DNA of 63,987 nt, taken from assembly GCA_003987795.1 (NCBI GenBank), contig RXJO01000010.1, positions 1 to 63,987 on the forward strand, written 5' to 3'. Below are positions 32,724 to 42,946 of the stretch, one piece after another. The stretch is from Curvibacter sp. Its GTDB lineage: Bacteria > Pseudomonadota > Gammaproteobacteria > Burkholderiales > Burkholderiaceae_C. The position numbers were made by a program, and so were the translations under genes. Position 1 is the stretch's first letter; each line of letters starts with the position of its first letter. Below the pieces are notes generated by a model. That model was not told the DNA's origin. It ran no database searches and was given only the letters and a program-made list of their open reading frames with translations.

Positions 32724-34175
32724 ATGATGACCCCGACCCCGAGCACCTTGTTGACTGGGCTGGGCTTGTTGACCGCTGGCCTCGGCGCGACCTGGGTCGC
32801 CCACCTGGAGGCCTACTGGACCCTGTTCCCGCTGCTGGCCTGGGCCGCCGCCCGCGGCAACCTGGCAGCTCGGCAACGCACCCACGCACAGGCTGACGCC
32901 ATCGAGCAGATGCAGAGGATCATCGACGCCAAGCCGCAGGCCGTCTGCCTGATGAGCGTCGATGGCACGATCAACTACGCCAATCCGGCTTTCGCGACGG
33001 AATTGGATCTGCCGCCGTCAAAGCTTGCCGGCGCCAAGTTGATGTCATTCATCCACCCGGATGACGTGCCCACGTTCAAGCAAGCGATGCTGGCACTGGA
33101 AAGCGGTTCCAGCCCATGCAGCCTGAGTTTCCGCATCGTTCAGAACAACGGCCGCTCAGTTCATCTGTACCGCGAAATGAAGCCATTCTTCGATCGACAT
33201 CGGAAGTTGATCAATGTGCAAATGCTGGCCCACGAAGATCCTGAAAGCCAGGCGGAGATCTCCAAACTGCGCGAGATCAGCCGCCAGCAAGACCAGATGC
33301 TCAATACGCTGCATGTCGGCGTGCTCAAGACCCACCATCAGGAAATCATCTGGCAGAACAAGGCGGCGACCGAATTGCTCGGTTACAGCCCACAAGAGAC
33401 CTTTCTTCAACCTGGCCGCATGCTGTACTTTGACGACGAAAGTTTCATCGAAGTGCGTCGGCTGGCTTTGGCGGCCAACGCACGCGATCAGGAGTTCACC
33501 ACCCAGGTCCGGCTGCGCAAGAAAACAGGTGATCCGGTGTGGCTGGAGGTCCGATGCTTCCGGATCTCGAAAGAGAGCCACGAGTACCTCTGGATGATGA
33601 TGGATATCACCGAGAAGAAGCAGTACCAGGATCAGATTGAGCACATTGCCTTCTACGACGCCCTCACCGGCCTGCCGAACCGCCTGCTGCTGGCCGACCG
33701 TTTGAATCAGGGCTTTGTCACCGTCAAGCGGCAGAACAAGGCGCTGGCGCTGGGCTACATCGACCTCGACGGCTTCAAGGAGGTCAACGATACCCACGGG
33801 CACCATGCAGGCGATGTCGTGCTCATCGAGGTCGCACTGAGAATCAAGGCCACTTTGAGAGGCGGTGATACCGTGTCCCGCCTGGGAGGTGACGAATTCG
33901 CGCTGGTGCTGACGTCCGTCGAAAACGAAGACGAGTGCCAAACGGTTCTGGCCCGCCTCCAGCAAGCGGTGTCGCAGCCGATTGAGATCGGCACCGGCTC
34001 ATCGGTGTCGATCACGATGAGCATCGGATTGTCCACCTATCCGAAGCACGCCACCAGCGCTCGCACCCTGCTCGAAATGGCCGACAAGGCCATGTATCGA
34101 TCCAAGCACAGCGGTGGCAACCGGGTGACCGTCTACAGCCCGGAACTCGAATCGGAGACGCACCATGAACCATGA
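32724..34175 (+). CDS. PAS-PAS-GGDEF diguanylate cyclase with N-terminal hydrophobic segment
   Basis: GGAGG RBS; DALTGLPNR, IDLDGFKEVND, RGGD I-site then SRLGGDEF. Confidence 0.9.
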   Translation: MMTPTPSTLLTGLGLLTAGLGATWVAHLEAYWTLFPLLAWAAARGNLAARQRTHAQADAIEQMQRIIDAKPQAVCLMSVDGTINYANPAFATELDLPPSKLAGAKLMSFIHPDDVPTFKQAMLALESGSSPCSLSFRIVQNNGRSVHLYREMKPFFDRHRKLINVQMLAHEDPESQAEISKLREISRQQDQMLNTLHVGVLKTHHQEIIWQNKAATELLGYSPQETFLQPGRMLYFDDESFIEVRRLALAANARDQEFTTQVRLRKKTGDPVWLEVRCFRISKESHEYLWMMMDITEKKQYQDQIEHIAFYDALTGLPNRLLLADRLNQGFVTVKRQNKALALGYIDLDGFKEVNDTHGHHAGDVVLIEVALRIKATLRGGDTVSRLGGDEFALVLTSVENEDECQTVLARLQQAVSQPIEIGTGSSVSITMSIGLSTYPKHATSARTLLEMADKAMYRSKHSGGNRVTVYSPELESETHHEP

Positions 34176-34821
34176 GAAGCCCGGGCGTCGGGGCACGGAC
34201 AGCCTGCACCAGGGCGCTGATTGCAGCCTTGCGCGTTGGCTCAGCCTGTGCAAGCTGGCCCTCACGCGGGTCTCGCGAGCGCTGTCTCGCAAGACCGATC
34301 CCCTCCTTCTTGCAGACCCACCTCGCCTCTCGTGCGACAACGGTGTTGGGTCAGCGATGTCACTTAACCCGCACAAGGCGACAGCCCCGCGTCGCCGGCC
34401 GGCCGGCTATCGGGTGAGCCTGCCTGTGTTGACGCCCGACCCGAACATCGGACGATGGCGGCGCCCCCCCACCAAAATGCCCACCCGGCCGCTGAAGGAT
34501 CGGGCAGAGGCCACTGAACGCATGCTCGGAGAGCTGCAACGTCTTTGCATCTGCAATTCGGACGAGCGATTGACGCGGGGCATCGCCGCACCCACGCGCC
34601 CCCTGGAAACGATTGCTCGATTCAAATATCAACTGGCACACGCAAAGTTGGCCTACGGTCAGGTGATGCTGGATTTGCACACCCGCAACAAGCTGATGGC
34701 CATGATGAACGAAGACCTGGGGCTCGAAAATCATGGCAATGACCTGGACTCTGTCCTCCAAGCTGGGGCGGACAAGGCCCTTCCAGGGCAAGAAGATTCG
34801 ACAATGAAGCCGACGCCATGA
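34165..34821 (+). CDS. Hypothetical protein (true start may be internal)
   Basis: 218-aa ORF overlapping the DGC stop; only the C-terminal half looks helical and protein-like. Confidence 0.35.
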   Translation: MNHEKPGRRGTDSLHQGADCSLARWLSLCKLALTRVSRALSRKTDPLLLADPPRLSCDNGVGSAMSLNPHKATAPRRRPAGYRVSLPVLTPDPNIGRWRRPPTKMPTRPLKDRAEATERMLGELQRLCICNSDERLTRGIAAPTRPLETIARFKYQLAHAKLAYGQVMLDLHTRNKLMAMMNEDLGLENHGNDLDSVLQAGADKALPGQEDSTMKPTP

Positions 34822-34969
34822 GTCACTTCAAAGGGTGCAGGGCACCACTGGGCCAGACGCTCGAAAGCCGGTCTGGACTTCAGAAGGCGACGCCAACGCA
34901 CTGTTACATCCAAGATTATCAGTAACAGAGTTGCGCGCGTAAGATACAAAAAAGCCTTGCGAGGTCCTT

Positions 34970-35599
34970 ATGCGAACCACCTCTTTTCTGCTGCCCTTTT
35001 TGTTGAGTGCCGTGACATGCGCAACTGCCGCCCAGACAGACGGTGGTGTTGCGAACCCTACCGGGTCACCAGCGGCCCGAGCTCCCGCCGACGCGCAACA
35101 AGCCAAGAACCGTTACAAGCAGGACTTGCAGATCTGCGCCAGCGAGACCAGCGCCGACAGCCGCATGCAATGCAAACGTGACGCCAAGGCCGAATACGAC
35201 CAGGCCCTGGCGGCCTTGAAGGCCAGCCCACCGGTCTCGGCCCCTGAGCACGCCGGCCAGGCCGCCTGCCCCGATTGCGGCACGGTCAGCTCAGTCAGCC
35301 AGATCGAGCGCGAAGGCGAGGGCAGTGCCCTGGGCCTGATCGCCGGCGGTGTGGCCGGTGCGGTGTTGGGTCATCAGGTGGGTGGCGGCTTCGGCAAAGA
35401 CCTGGCCACCGTCGCAGGGGCTGCGGGCGGCGCCTACGCAGGCCGCGAAGTCGAGAAGAAGGTCAAGAGCCACAAGGTCTGGGTGGTCACGGTCCGCTTC
35501 AACAGCAACAGCACCCAGCGCTATGAGTTCCAGAACGACCCGGGATTCAAGGTCGGTGACACGGTCAGGAAATCGAACAAATCGATTGTCCGATCCTGA
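34970..35599 (+). CDS. Glycine zipper 2TM domain exported protein
   Basis: Signal peptide, CPDCGTV, GLIAGGVAGAVLGHQVGGGFGKDLATVAGAAGGAYAG. Confidence 0.85.
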   Translation: MRTTSFLLPFLLSAVTCATAAQTDGGVANPTGSPAARAPADAQQAKNRYKQDLQICASETSADSRMQCKRDAKAEYDQALAALKASPPVSAPEHAGQAACPDCGTVSSVSQIEREGEGSALGLIAGGVAGAVLGHQVGGGFGKDLATVAGAAGGAYAGREVEKKVKSHKVWVVTVRFNSNSTQRYEFQNDPGFKVGDTVRKSNKSIVRS

Positions 35600-35628
35600 A
35601 AGCCGCAGCGCCCGCCGACCTGCCGGGC

Positions 35629-37203
35629 TCAGCCCTCGACGTCGAACTTCACCCCCTGGGCCAGGGGCAGTGCGCGTGAGTAGTTGATGGTGTTGGTGGC
35701 GCGGCGCATGTAGGCCTTCCAGCTGTCCGAGCCCGCTTCACGACCACCGCCGGTTTCTTTCTCACCGCCAAAGGCCCCCCCGATTTCGGCGCCACTGGGG
35801 CCGATGTTGACGTTGGCGATGCCACAGTCCGACCCCACGGCCGACATGAAGCGCTCGGCCTCTCGCAAGTCCAGCGTGAAGATGGACGACGACAGGCCCG
35901 CACCCACGGCATTGTTGAGTTCGATCGCCTCGTCCGGATCGGCATAGCGCTGCACGTAGAGGATGGGGGCGAAAGTCTCGTGCAGCATGGGCCCCGCCTG
36001 ACCGGGCATCTCAACCAGGGCCGGACGGGCATAGCAGGCCGCCTCGCCGGCTTCGGTGAGCACGCGCTCGCCGCCATGCACCCGGGCGCCCAGATCGCGG
36101 GCCTGCTGCAAGGCCTGTTGCATCGCGGCCAATGCGGCCGCATCGATCAGCGGACCGACCAGCACCCCATCTTCGCGCGGGTCACCGACCCGCACACTGG
36201 CGTAGGCCTTGATCAGGCGCGGCACCAGGGCGTCGTAGACCGACTCGTGCACAAAGAGACGACGCAAGGTGGTGCACCGCTGGCCCGCGGTGCCCATGGC
36301 CGCGAAGGCGATGCCACGCAAGGCCAGATCGAGGTCGGCACTGGGGGCGACGATGGCGGCATTGTTGCCCCCCAGTTCGAGGATGGCGCGTGCAAAACGG
36401 GCGGCCAGCTTGGGACCCACGGCACGCCCCATGGCGGTGGAACCGGTGGCCGAGACCAGGGCCACGCGCGGGTCATCGACCAGGGCGGCACCCACCTCAC
36501 GCTCGCCCAGCAGCAGGGGCAGCAAACCCTCGGGCGCATCGCCGAATCGGTTCAGCGCGCGCTGCACGATGGCCTGGGTGGCCAGGGCCGTCAGGGGCGT
36601 CTTCTCGGAGGGCTTCCAGACCACCGAATTGCCGCAGACCAGCGCCAGCGCGGCATTCCACGACCACACGGCCACCGGGAAGTTGAAGGCCGAGATCACA
36701 CCGCACACGCCCAGTGGGTGCCAGGTTTCCATCATGCGGTGACCAGGACGCTCGGTGGCGATGGTCAGCCCATGCAACTGCCGCGAAAGGCCCACGGCGA
36801 AGTCGCAGATGTCGATCATCTCCTGCACCTCGCCCTCGCCCTCCGAGGGGCTCTTGCCCACCTCAAGGGTGACCAACTGCCCGAGCAAGGACTTGTGGGT
36901 GCGCAACTCCTCGCCGATCAGCCGCACCAGTTCGCCACGGCGAGGAGCCGGGATCTCACGCCAGGCCAGGAAAGCCTGCCGGGCCTGGGCGATCACGGCC
37001 GCCACCTCAGACGCCTGCTGCAGGGGCAACTGAGCCATCACCTCACCGGTGATGGGCGAGCGCACGCTCAGACCGCCTGCCTGGCGATATTGGGCGGGCG
37101 ACACCCCCAGGGCCCCCATCAGACGATCGAGCTCCTGGGGCGCTGGCGGAAAGCCGCTGGAAAGGGGAGTGGAAGCGGAGGACGGACTGCGGGTGCTGCT
37201 CAT
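35629..37203 (-). CDS. ALDH7/antiquitin-like aldehyde dehydrogenase (piperideine-6-carboxylate / aminoadipate semialdehyde dehydrogenase, AmaB-like)
   Basis: GEVQEMIDICDFAVGLSRQL, SAFNFPVAVW, LELGGNNA, GTAGQRCTT, GAEIGGAFGGEKETGGGRE. Confidence 0.88.
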   Translation of the reverse strand: MSSTRSPSSASTPLSSGFPPAPQELDRLMGALGVSPAQYRQAGGLSVRSPITGEVMAQLPLQQASEVAAVIAQARQAFLAWREIPAPRRGELVRLIGEELRTHKSLLGQLVTLEVGKSPSEGEGEVQEMIDICDFAVGLSRQLHGLTIATERPGHRMMETWHPLGVCGVISAFNFPVAVWSWNAALALVCGNSVVWKPSEKTPLTALATQAIVQRALNRFGDAPEGLLPLLLGEREVGAALVDDPRVALVSATGSTAMGRAVGPKLAARFARAILELGGNNAAIVAPSADLDLALRGIAFAAMGTAGQRCTTLRRLFVHESVYDALVPRLIKAYASVRVGDPREDGVLVGPLIDAAALAAMQQALQQARDLGARVHGGERVLTEAGEAACYARPALVEMPGQAGPMLHETFAPILYVQRYADPDEAIELNNAVGAGLSSSIFTLDLREAERFMSAVGSDCGIANVNIGPSGAEIGGAFGGEKETGGGREAGSDSWKAYMRRATNTINYSRALPLAQGVKFDVEG

Positions 37204-37353
37204 GGGCATCTTTCGGAAGAAGGCTCGAAAGGCCGCACTATCGCCCAATCCTCCTGGCCTGCCTATCGACGTTTTCGAAAGAGTTGATGTCAGATTGGAA
37301 TCAAGTGGAGAAATACAGTGCTTGACTGATCATGCTTTCATTCATTTAGCTCA

Positions 37354-38205
37354 TCAAGCGGGATCAACCGAATCGGGTGCCGCGGGTCCGCTCCAGGGCT
37401 CGGCCAGGCTTTGCGAGGGGCGGCGCAGCACTGGATCGAAGGGGTTGATGCGCGGCCCGATCTGGGCCGCCTCGCGCTGCAACAGCGCCACCACGGTGGG
37501 CAAGCGCTCAGGGTTGAGCCGGTCGGCGATGGTGCCCACGCTGAGCGCAGCCACAGCCCTGCCGTCTGCGCCCAGAACCGGCACCGCCACCCCGGCCATG
37601 CCATCGAGCAGACCGGTGTTGCGCCCCGCATAGCCGAGTTGGCGCACCCGCTCGACTTCGGTGCGCAGATAGACCTCGTCGTACACGCCGAACTCACGCA
37701 CCCGCGACAGGTTGAAGCGGATCACTTCCTCACGCTCCTCCTCAGGCAGGAAGGCCAGGATGGCCAGCGCCCCCTGCCCCACGCCCAGGGCCACCCGACC
37801 GCCAATGTCGCCGGTGAAGGAGCGGATCGGAAAAGGCCCCTCGGCCCGATCCAGACAGACCGCATCAAAGCCACTGCGCACCAGCAGGAACAGCGTGTCG
37901 CCCAGGCTGGCACACAAGCGCAGCAGCGCCGGACGACACAGCGCGCGCAGCCCGCCGGTGTTGCCGGCCTGAGCCGCCAACGCAAAGAAATCGACGCTCA
38001 GCCGGTACAGCTTGCTGCGGCCGTCCTGCTCGACCATGCCCTCAGCCACCAGGGCCTGCAGCAGGCGGTGGGTGGTGGCTTGCGTCAGGCCCACGGCCTG
38101 CGCCAAATGGGTGACCCGTGCACCTTCCGGGGGCACTCGGCTCAGGGCCCGGATCACCGCGAACACCCGTTGCACACCGCCGGTGCCGGTTTCTGCTTCT
38201 GCCAT
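37354..38205 (-). CDS. IclR family transcriptional regulator
   Basis: VTHLAQAVGLTQATTHRLL HTH; GRVALGVGQGALAILA; GVAVPV; divergent from the ABC operon. Confidence 0.9.
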   Translation of the reverse strand: MAEAETGTGGVQRVFAVIRALSRVPPEGARVTHLAQAVGLTQATTHRLLQALVAEGMVEQDGRSKLYRLSVDFFALAAQAGNTGGLRALCRPALLRLCASLGDTLFLLVRSGFDAVCLDRAEGPFPIRSFTGDIGGRVALGVGQGALAILAFLPEEEREEVIRFNLSRVREFGVYDEVYLRTEVERVRQLGYAGRNTGLLDGMAGVAVPVLGADGRAVAALSVGTIADRLNPERLPTVVALLQREAAQIGPRINPFDPVLRRPSQSLAEPWSGPAAPDSVDPA

Positions 38206-38244
38206 CTTCACCTCGTTGGAACAGATTTGAGGCATTCAGCCCTC

Positions 38245-38300
38245 AATATTTCATTAATCGGAATATTTTATATATTTCTTCTGTTTAATGGAATATCCCA
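38245..38300. promoter_or_regulatory. AT-rich divergent promoter with possible IclR operator sites
   Basis: Two related imperfect palindromes, TTCATTAATCGGAA and TTCTGTTTAATGGAA, between iclR and the ABC operon. Confidence 0.45.
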
Positions 38301-38412
38301 TTGTTTTTGGCCCGGGTATTGCAATAGATTGAAAAAAGAACAAACGACTTTCCAGCTTTCACTCCTGATCGACGCCGATGCCCTGACCGGCATCCGCTGA
38401 AAGGCTTTCACG

Positions 38413-39504
38413 ATGTCCTTTTTGCAACTGCACAACCTGTGCAAAAACTACGGCAGCACCCGCGCCGTGAGCGATCTGAACTTGCAGGTCGCACAAGGCG
38501 AATTCGTCTCGCTGCTCGGCCCCTCGGGATGCGGCAAGACCACGACCCTGCAGATGATTGCCGGCATCGAAGCGGTCAGCAGTGGCCGCATCGTGCTTGA
38601 TGGCCAGGACATCACCCACACCAAGACCAGCGACCGGGGCCTGGGCATCGTGTTCCAGACCTACGCCCTGTTCCCGCACATGACCGTGGCCGAGAACGTC
38701 GGCTTCGGGCTTGAAATGCGCCATTGCCCCAAGGCCGAAAGAGAGCAGCGCGTGGCCGAAGCGCTGGCCCTGGTCCGGCTGGACCAGCACGGCCAGCGCT
38801 ACCCCCGCCAGTTGTCGGGAGGGCAGCGCCAGCGCGTGGCCCTGGCCCGAGCCCTGGTGATCCGCCCGCCGGTACTGCTGCTGGACGAGCCGCTGTCCAA
38901 CCTCGATGCCAAGCTGCGCGAAGAGATGCAGTTCGAGTTGCGGCGCATCCAGCGCCAGGTGGGCACCACGACGGTGATGGTCACCCATGATCAGTCAGAG
39001 GCCTTGTCCGTCAGCGACCGGGTGGTGGTGATGGAAGCCGGACGGATCACCCAGGTAGACCACCACGAAGCGGTGTACGAGCACCCGGGCAACCGTTTCA
39101 TAGCCACCTTTGTGGGCAAGGCCAATCTGATCCCGGCCCAGGTGGTCGCGGGCGATCAAGGGTCCGAAATCCGCCTGGGCCCCTTGCAGCTGGCCCTGCC
39201 GGGTCTGACCCAGGCACCGGGCAGCACGGTGCTGGTCGGCCTGCGACCCGAGAAGCTGCGCCTGTGCGCACCGGGCCAGGGCCGGCTGGAAAGCCAGGTA
39301 CTGGAGCGCTTCTTTCTGGGCAGCCAATGGCTGTACCGCCTGCACAGCCCGCTGGGCGAGTTGCTGGCGCTGGCGCCCAACGACGGCGGCCCCACATTGC
39401 CCGTCGGCGCCGCTGCAGGCATCGACTGGCCGCTGCACGTGACGCGGGTGCTGGAGGCTTCGGCCCCTGCCAGCGGCAGGGCTGCCAACGGGGCTCTGGC
39501 ATGA
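38413..39504 (+). CDS. ABC transporter ATP-binding protein (PotA-like, TOBE domain)
   Basis: GPSGCGKTT, VFQTYALFPHM, LSGGQRQR, LLDEPLSNLD. Confidence 0.93.
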   Translation: MSFLQLHNLCKNYGSTRAVSDLNLQVAQGEFVSLLGPSGCGKTTTLQMIAGIEAVSSGRIVLDGQDITHTKTSDRGLGIVFQTYALFPHMTVAENVGFGLEMRHCPKAEREQRVAEALALVRLDQHGQRYPRQLSGGQRQRVALARALVIRPPVLLLDEPLSNLDAKLREEMQFELRRIQRQVGTTTVMVTHDQSEALSVSDRVVVMEAGRITQVDHHEAVYEHPGNRFIATFVGKANLIPAQVVAGDQGSEIRLGPLQLALPGLTQAPGSTVLVGLRPEKLRLCAPGQGRLESQVLERFFLGSQWLYRLHSPLGELLALAPNDGGPTLPVGAAAGIDWPLHVTRVLEASAPASGRAANGALA

Positions 39505-40349
39505 AGCGCCCCGTCCCGTGGTTGCTCAGCGCCCCGGCGCTGTGCCTGTTCGCCACCTTGCTGATCACGCCCTTGCTGCTGACCGCCTTGCTGTCGTTCA
39601 ATGGCTTTGACTACGCCACCGGGGTGAAGCCGGACGAGTACACGCTGGCCCACTACACCCATCTGTTCAGCGACAGCTACTACCTGGGCATCTTCTGGCG
39701 CACCTTCTGGATGGCCGCCCTGACCACGTTGATCTGCATGGCCGTGGGCGCACCGCAGGCCTATGTGCTGAGCCGCATGGGCAGCCCCTGGCGCTCGATC
39801 CTGCTGCTGGTGGTGCTGGCACCCCTGCTGGTGTCGGTGGTGGTGCGCGCTTTCGGCTGGTCGATGCTGCTGGGGCCCGAAGGCCTGATCAACCAGGCAC
39901 TGATGGGCCTCGGGCTGGGGCGTGTCAAGCTCCTCTACACCGAGGCGGCGGTCGTGATCGCCCTGGTGCATGTGATGCTGCCCTTCATGGTGATCCCGGT
40001 CTGGACCTCGCTGCAAAAGCTCGACCCCAGCGTAGAGCACGCCGCTGCCTCGCTGCAGGCCAGCCCCTTCACCATCGTGCGCCGCATCGTGCTGCCCCAG
40101 GTGATGCCCGGCATCCTGTCGGGCAGCCTGATCGTGTTCGGCCTGTCGGCCAGTTCCTTCGCCATCCCGGGCCTGCTGGGCGGGCGCCGGCTCAAGATGG
40201 TGGCCACCATCGTCTACGACGAGTACCTGCATGAACTGAACTGGCCCCAGGGCGCGGCTGTGGCCCTGACCCTGCTGGTGGCCAACCTGATCGTGATGCT
40301 GAGCTACAACCGATTGGTTGAGCGCCGCTACCAGAAAGCCTTGGGGTGA
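39501..40349 (+). CDS. ABC transporter permease (PotB-like)
   Basis: ATGA overlap; EAA loop EHAAASLQAS; multiple TM segments. Confidence 0.9.
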   Translation: MKRPVPWLLSAPALCLFATLLITPLLLTALLSFNGFDYATGVKPDEYTLAHYTHLFSDSYYLGIFWRTFWMAALTTLICMAVGAPQAYVLSRMGSPWRSILLLVVLAPLLVSVVVRAFGWSMLLGPEGLINQALMGLGLGRVKLLYTEAAVVIALVHVMLPFMVIPVWTSLQKLDPSVEHAAASLQASPFTIVRRIVLPQVMPGILSGSLIVFGLSASSFAIPGLLGGRRLKMVATIVYDEYLHELNWPQGAAVALTLLVANLIVMLSYNRLVERRYQKALG

Positions 40350-40356
40350 ATCCAAC

Positions 40357-41193
40357 ATGAGCACCACTGCAACCCATCCTGCCTCCGGGCGCATTCCGGG
40401 CAAGAACGGCCCCCTGGCCCTGCTGTTCAATGCCCTGGTGGTCAGCTTCATGCTGGCCCCACTGCTGATCGTGTGCGTGGTGGCCTTCACGCCTGAAAAC
40501 ACCCTGACCCTGCCGCGCAACGGGCTGTCGCTGCGCTGGTTCAAAGCCGTGTTCGACCACCCTGACTTCGTCGCCTCGTTCTGGAACAGCCTCTGGCTGG
40601 CCCTGGGTTCGGCCACGCTGTCCACCGTGCTCGCGGTGCCGGCCGGCCTGGCGCTCACGCGCTACGAGTTCCGGGGCCGCGAGATGATCAACGCCCTGTT
40701 CCTCTCACCGCTGATCATCCCCCACCTGGTGCTGGGCGTGGCCCTGCTGCGCCTGTCCAGCCTGGTGGGCGCGGCCGGCAGCTTCGGCTTTCTGCTGCTG
40801 GCCCATGCGCTGGTGGTGATGCCCTATGTGCTGCGCCTGGTGCTGGCCTCGCTGGTGGGCTTTGATCGCAGCATCGAGCAGGCCGCGCTGTCGCTCGGCG
40901 CCTCGCCCTGGCGCAGCTTCCGGCGCATCACCCTGCCCATGATCCTGCCGGGCGTGAGCGGTGGTTGGCTGCTGGCCTTCATCAACAGCTTCGACGAGGT
41001 CACGCTGTCGATCTTTGTCACCTCACCGTCCACCGTCACCCTGCCGGTACGCATGTACATGTACGCCACTGAATCGATCGACCCGCTGATGGCCGCCGTG
41101 TCTGCCTTGATGGTGGGCCTGACCGCCGTCGCCATGCTGGTGCTCGATCGCCTGTACGGGCTCGACAAAGTGCTGGTCGGAGGCCACAAATGA
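40357..41193 (+). CDS. ABC transporter permease (PotC-like)
   Basis: SLRWF, EQAALSLGAS, FINSFDE, TLPVRMY. Confidence 0.9.
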   Translation: MSTTATHPASGRIPGKNGPLALLFNALVVSFMLAPLLIVCVVAFTPENTLTLPRNGLSLRWFKAVFDHPDFVASFWNSLWLALGSATLSTVLAVPAGLALTRYEFRGREMINALFLSPLIIPHLVLGVALLRLSSLVGAAGSFGFLLLAHALVVMPYVLRLVLASLVGFDRSIEQAALSLGASPWRSFRRITLPMILPGVSGGWLLAFINSFDEVTLSIFVTSPSTVTLPVRMYMYATESIDPLMAAVSALMVGLTAVAMLVLDRLYGLDKVLVGGHK

Positions 41194-41513
41194 ACCCCCA
41201 CACCCTGAAGAAGTCCGGCCTCGGGCTGTTGCACCGGGTGGCAGAAACCAGCCGCACCCCGCTCACCCTGCTGGTGGACGGACAGCCCGTGCAGGCCCTG
41301 GCCGGCGACACGGTGCTGACGGCCATCCTGCAGCACCAGGCGGCTTTGCGCCACAACGAATTCAGCGGTCTGCCCCGTGCCGGCTTCTGCCTGATGGGCG
41401 CCTGCCAGGATTGCTGGGTGCGCACCGAGCAGGGACCACGCCTGCGGGCCTGCAGCACGCTGGTCAGCCCCGGCCTGAGCATCCTGACCCGCGCCGAGGA
41501 GAACCCGCTGTGA
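41190..41513 (+). CDS. [2Fe-2S] subunit, HcnA/opine-oxidase small subunit-like
   Basis: GDTVLTA, GFCLMGACQDCWV...RAC. Confidence 0.88.
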   Translation: MNPHTLKKSGLGLLHRVAETSRTPLTLLVDGQPVQALAGDTVLTAILQHQAALRHNEFSGLPRAGFCLMGACQDCWVRTEQGPRLRACSTLVSPGLSILTRAEENPL

Positions 41514-42946
41514 GCACCCCGCTCTGCACCACACTCAACCCGAACGTTCCGCCGGTGATCGTGGGCGCCGGCCCCGCCGGCATCCGCGCCGCCCAGACCC
41601 TGGTGGCCCAGGGCCTGCGGCCCATCCTGATCGACGAGGCCGCGCGGGGCGGTGGCCAGATCTACCGGCAACCGCCGCCCGGTTTCTCACGCCCACCCGA
41701 GGCGCTGTATGGCTTCGAGGCCGCTCGTGCCCGGGCCGTGCACGACACCTGGCTGACGCTGCTGCCTCAGCTGGATTACCGCCCGGACCACCTGGTCTGG
41801 AACGCCGGTCCGGGCTGGCTCGACGTGCTGCACGGCGATCAAACTCAGCGACTGGCCTGGTCGCAGGTGATCGTCGCCACCGGCGCCACCGACCGCGTGC
41901 TGCCGCTGCCCGGCTGGACACTGCCGGGGGTCTACACCCTGGGCGGTGCCCAGGTGGCCTTGAAGTACCAGGGCTGCAGCATCGGCCGCCGCGTGCTGCT
42001 GACCGGCACCGGCCCGCTGCTCTACCTGGTGGCCTACCAGATCGCGAAGGCCGGTCGCGCCCACGGCGTGCAGGTGGCCGGGGTTCTCGACACGGCCGGC
42101 TGGGGCGGCAAGATCGCAGCCCTGCCCGCCTTGCTGACCCAGCCCGCCACGCTGGGCAAAGGCCAGTACTTCCTGGCCTGGCTGCGGGCGCATGGGGTGC
42201 CGGTGCACTGGGGCGTACAGCCCTTGCGGGTGCTGGGTCAGGAGCGGGTCGAAGGCCTGCTCTGGCGTGATCGCCAAGGTCGAGAGCACCGCACCGAGGC
42301 CGATGGCCTGGCCCTGGGTTACGCCCTTCGCTCAGAGACCCAACTGGCCGATCTGCTGGACTGCCGCTTCGAGTTCGACGCCCTGAACCGGGCCCACCTG
42401 CCTGTGCGCGATCCCGCTGGGCGCAGCAGCGTGCCAGGCGTCTACCTGGCCGGTGATGGTGCCGGCATCCAGGGCGCCGACGCCGCCGAATGGGCTGGCG
42501 AACGCGCGGCACTGGCCCTGCTCGAAGACCGCCAGGGACACCGGCCGGGCCCACGCGGCCAGCTGCTGGAAGCCCGGTTGGCCCGCATCGGTCGATTCCG
42601 CCAAGGGCTGGAGCAGGCCTTCCCCTTCCCCGTCCGCTGGGCCGCCCAGGCCCCGGATGAGCTGGTGGTCTGCCGCTGCGAAAACATCACTGCAGGCGAG
42701 TTGCGCCAGCAGGTCAAAGACAGCGGTGCCCCCGAACTGAACCGCCTCAAGGCACTCAGCCGGGTCGGCATGGGCCGTTGCCAGGGCCGCATGTGCGGCG
42801 TGGCTGCGGCCGAGATCCTGGCGCACGCCAGCGGGCTACCCATCGACCAGGTGGGCCGCCTGCGGGCCCAGGCCCCCATCAAACCCCTGCCTCTGATGGC
42901 CCAGGCCGCGCAGGCAGACCCGGCCAACGCTGCGGAGACCGACTGA
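41510..42946 (+). CDS. FAD/NAD(P)-binding oxidoreductase with BFD-like Fe-S domain (HcnB/OoxA-like)
   Basis: GTG start overlapping upstream stop; VGAGPAG, ATGATDRVLPLPGWTLPGV, VCRCE, GMGRCQGRMC. Confidence 0.88.
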   Translation: MSTPLCTTLNPNVPPVIVGAGPAGIRAAQTLVAQGLRPILIDEAARGGGQIYRQPPPGFSRPPEALYGFEAARARAVHDTWLTLLPQLDYRPDHLVWNAGPGWLDVLHGDQTQRLAWSQVIVATGATDRVLPLPGWTLPGVYTLGGAQVALKYQGCSIGRRVLLTGTGPLLYLVAYQIAKAGRAHGVQVAGVLDTAGWGGKIAALPALLTQPATLGKGQYFLAWLRAHGVPVHWGVQPLRVLGQERVEGLLWRDRQGREHRTEADGLALGYALRSETQLADLLDCRFEFDALNRAHLPVRDPAGRSSVPGVYLAGDGAGIQGADAAEWAGERAALALLEDRQGHRPGPRGQLLEARLARIGRFRQGLEQAFPFPVRWAAQAPDELVVCRCENITAGELRQQVKDSGAPELNRLKALSRVGMGRCQGRMCGVAAAEILAHASGLPIDQVGRLRAQAPIKPLPLMAQAAQADPANAAETD

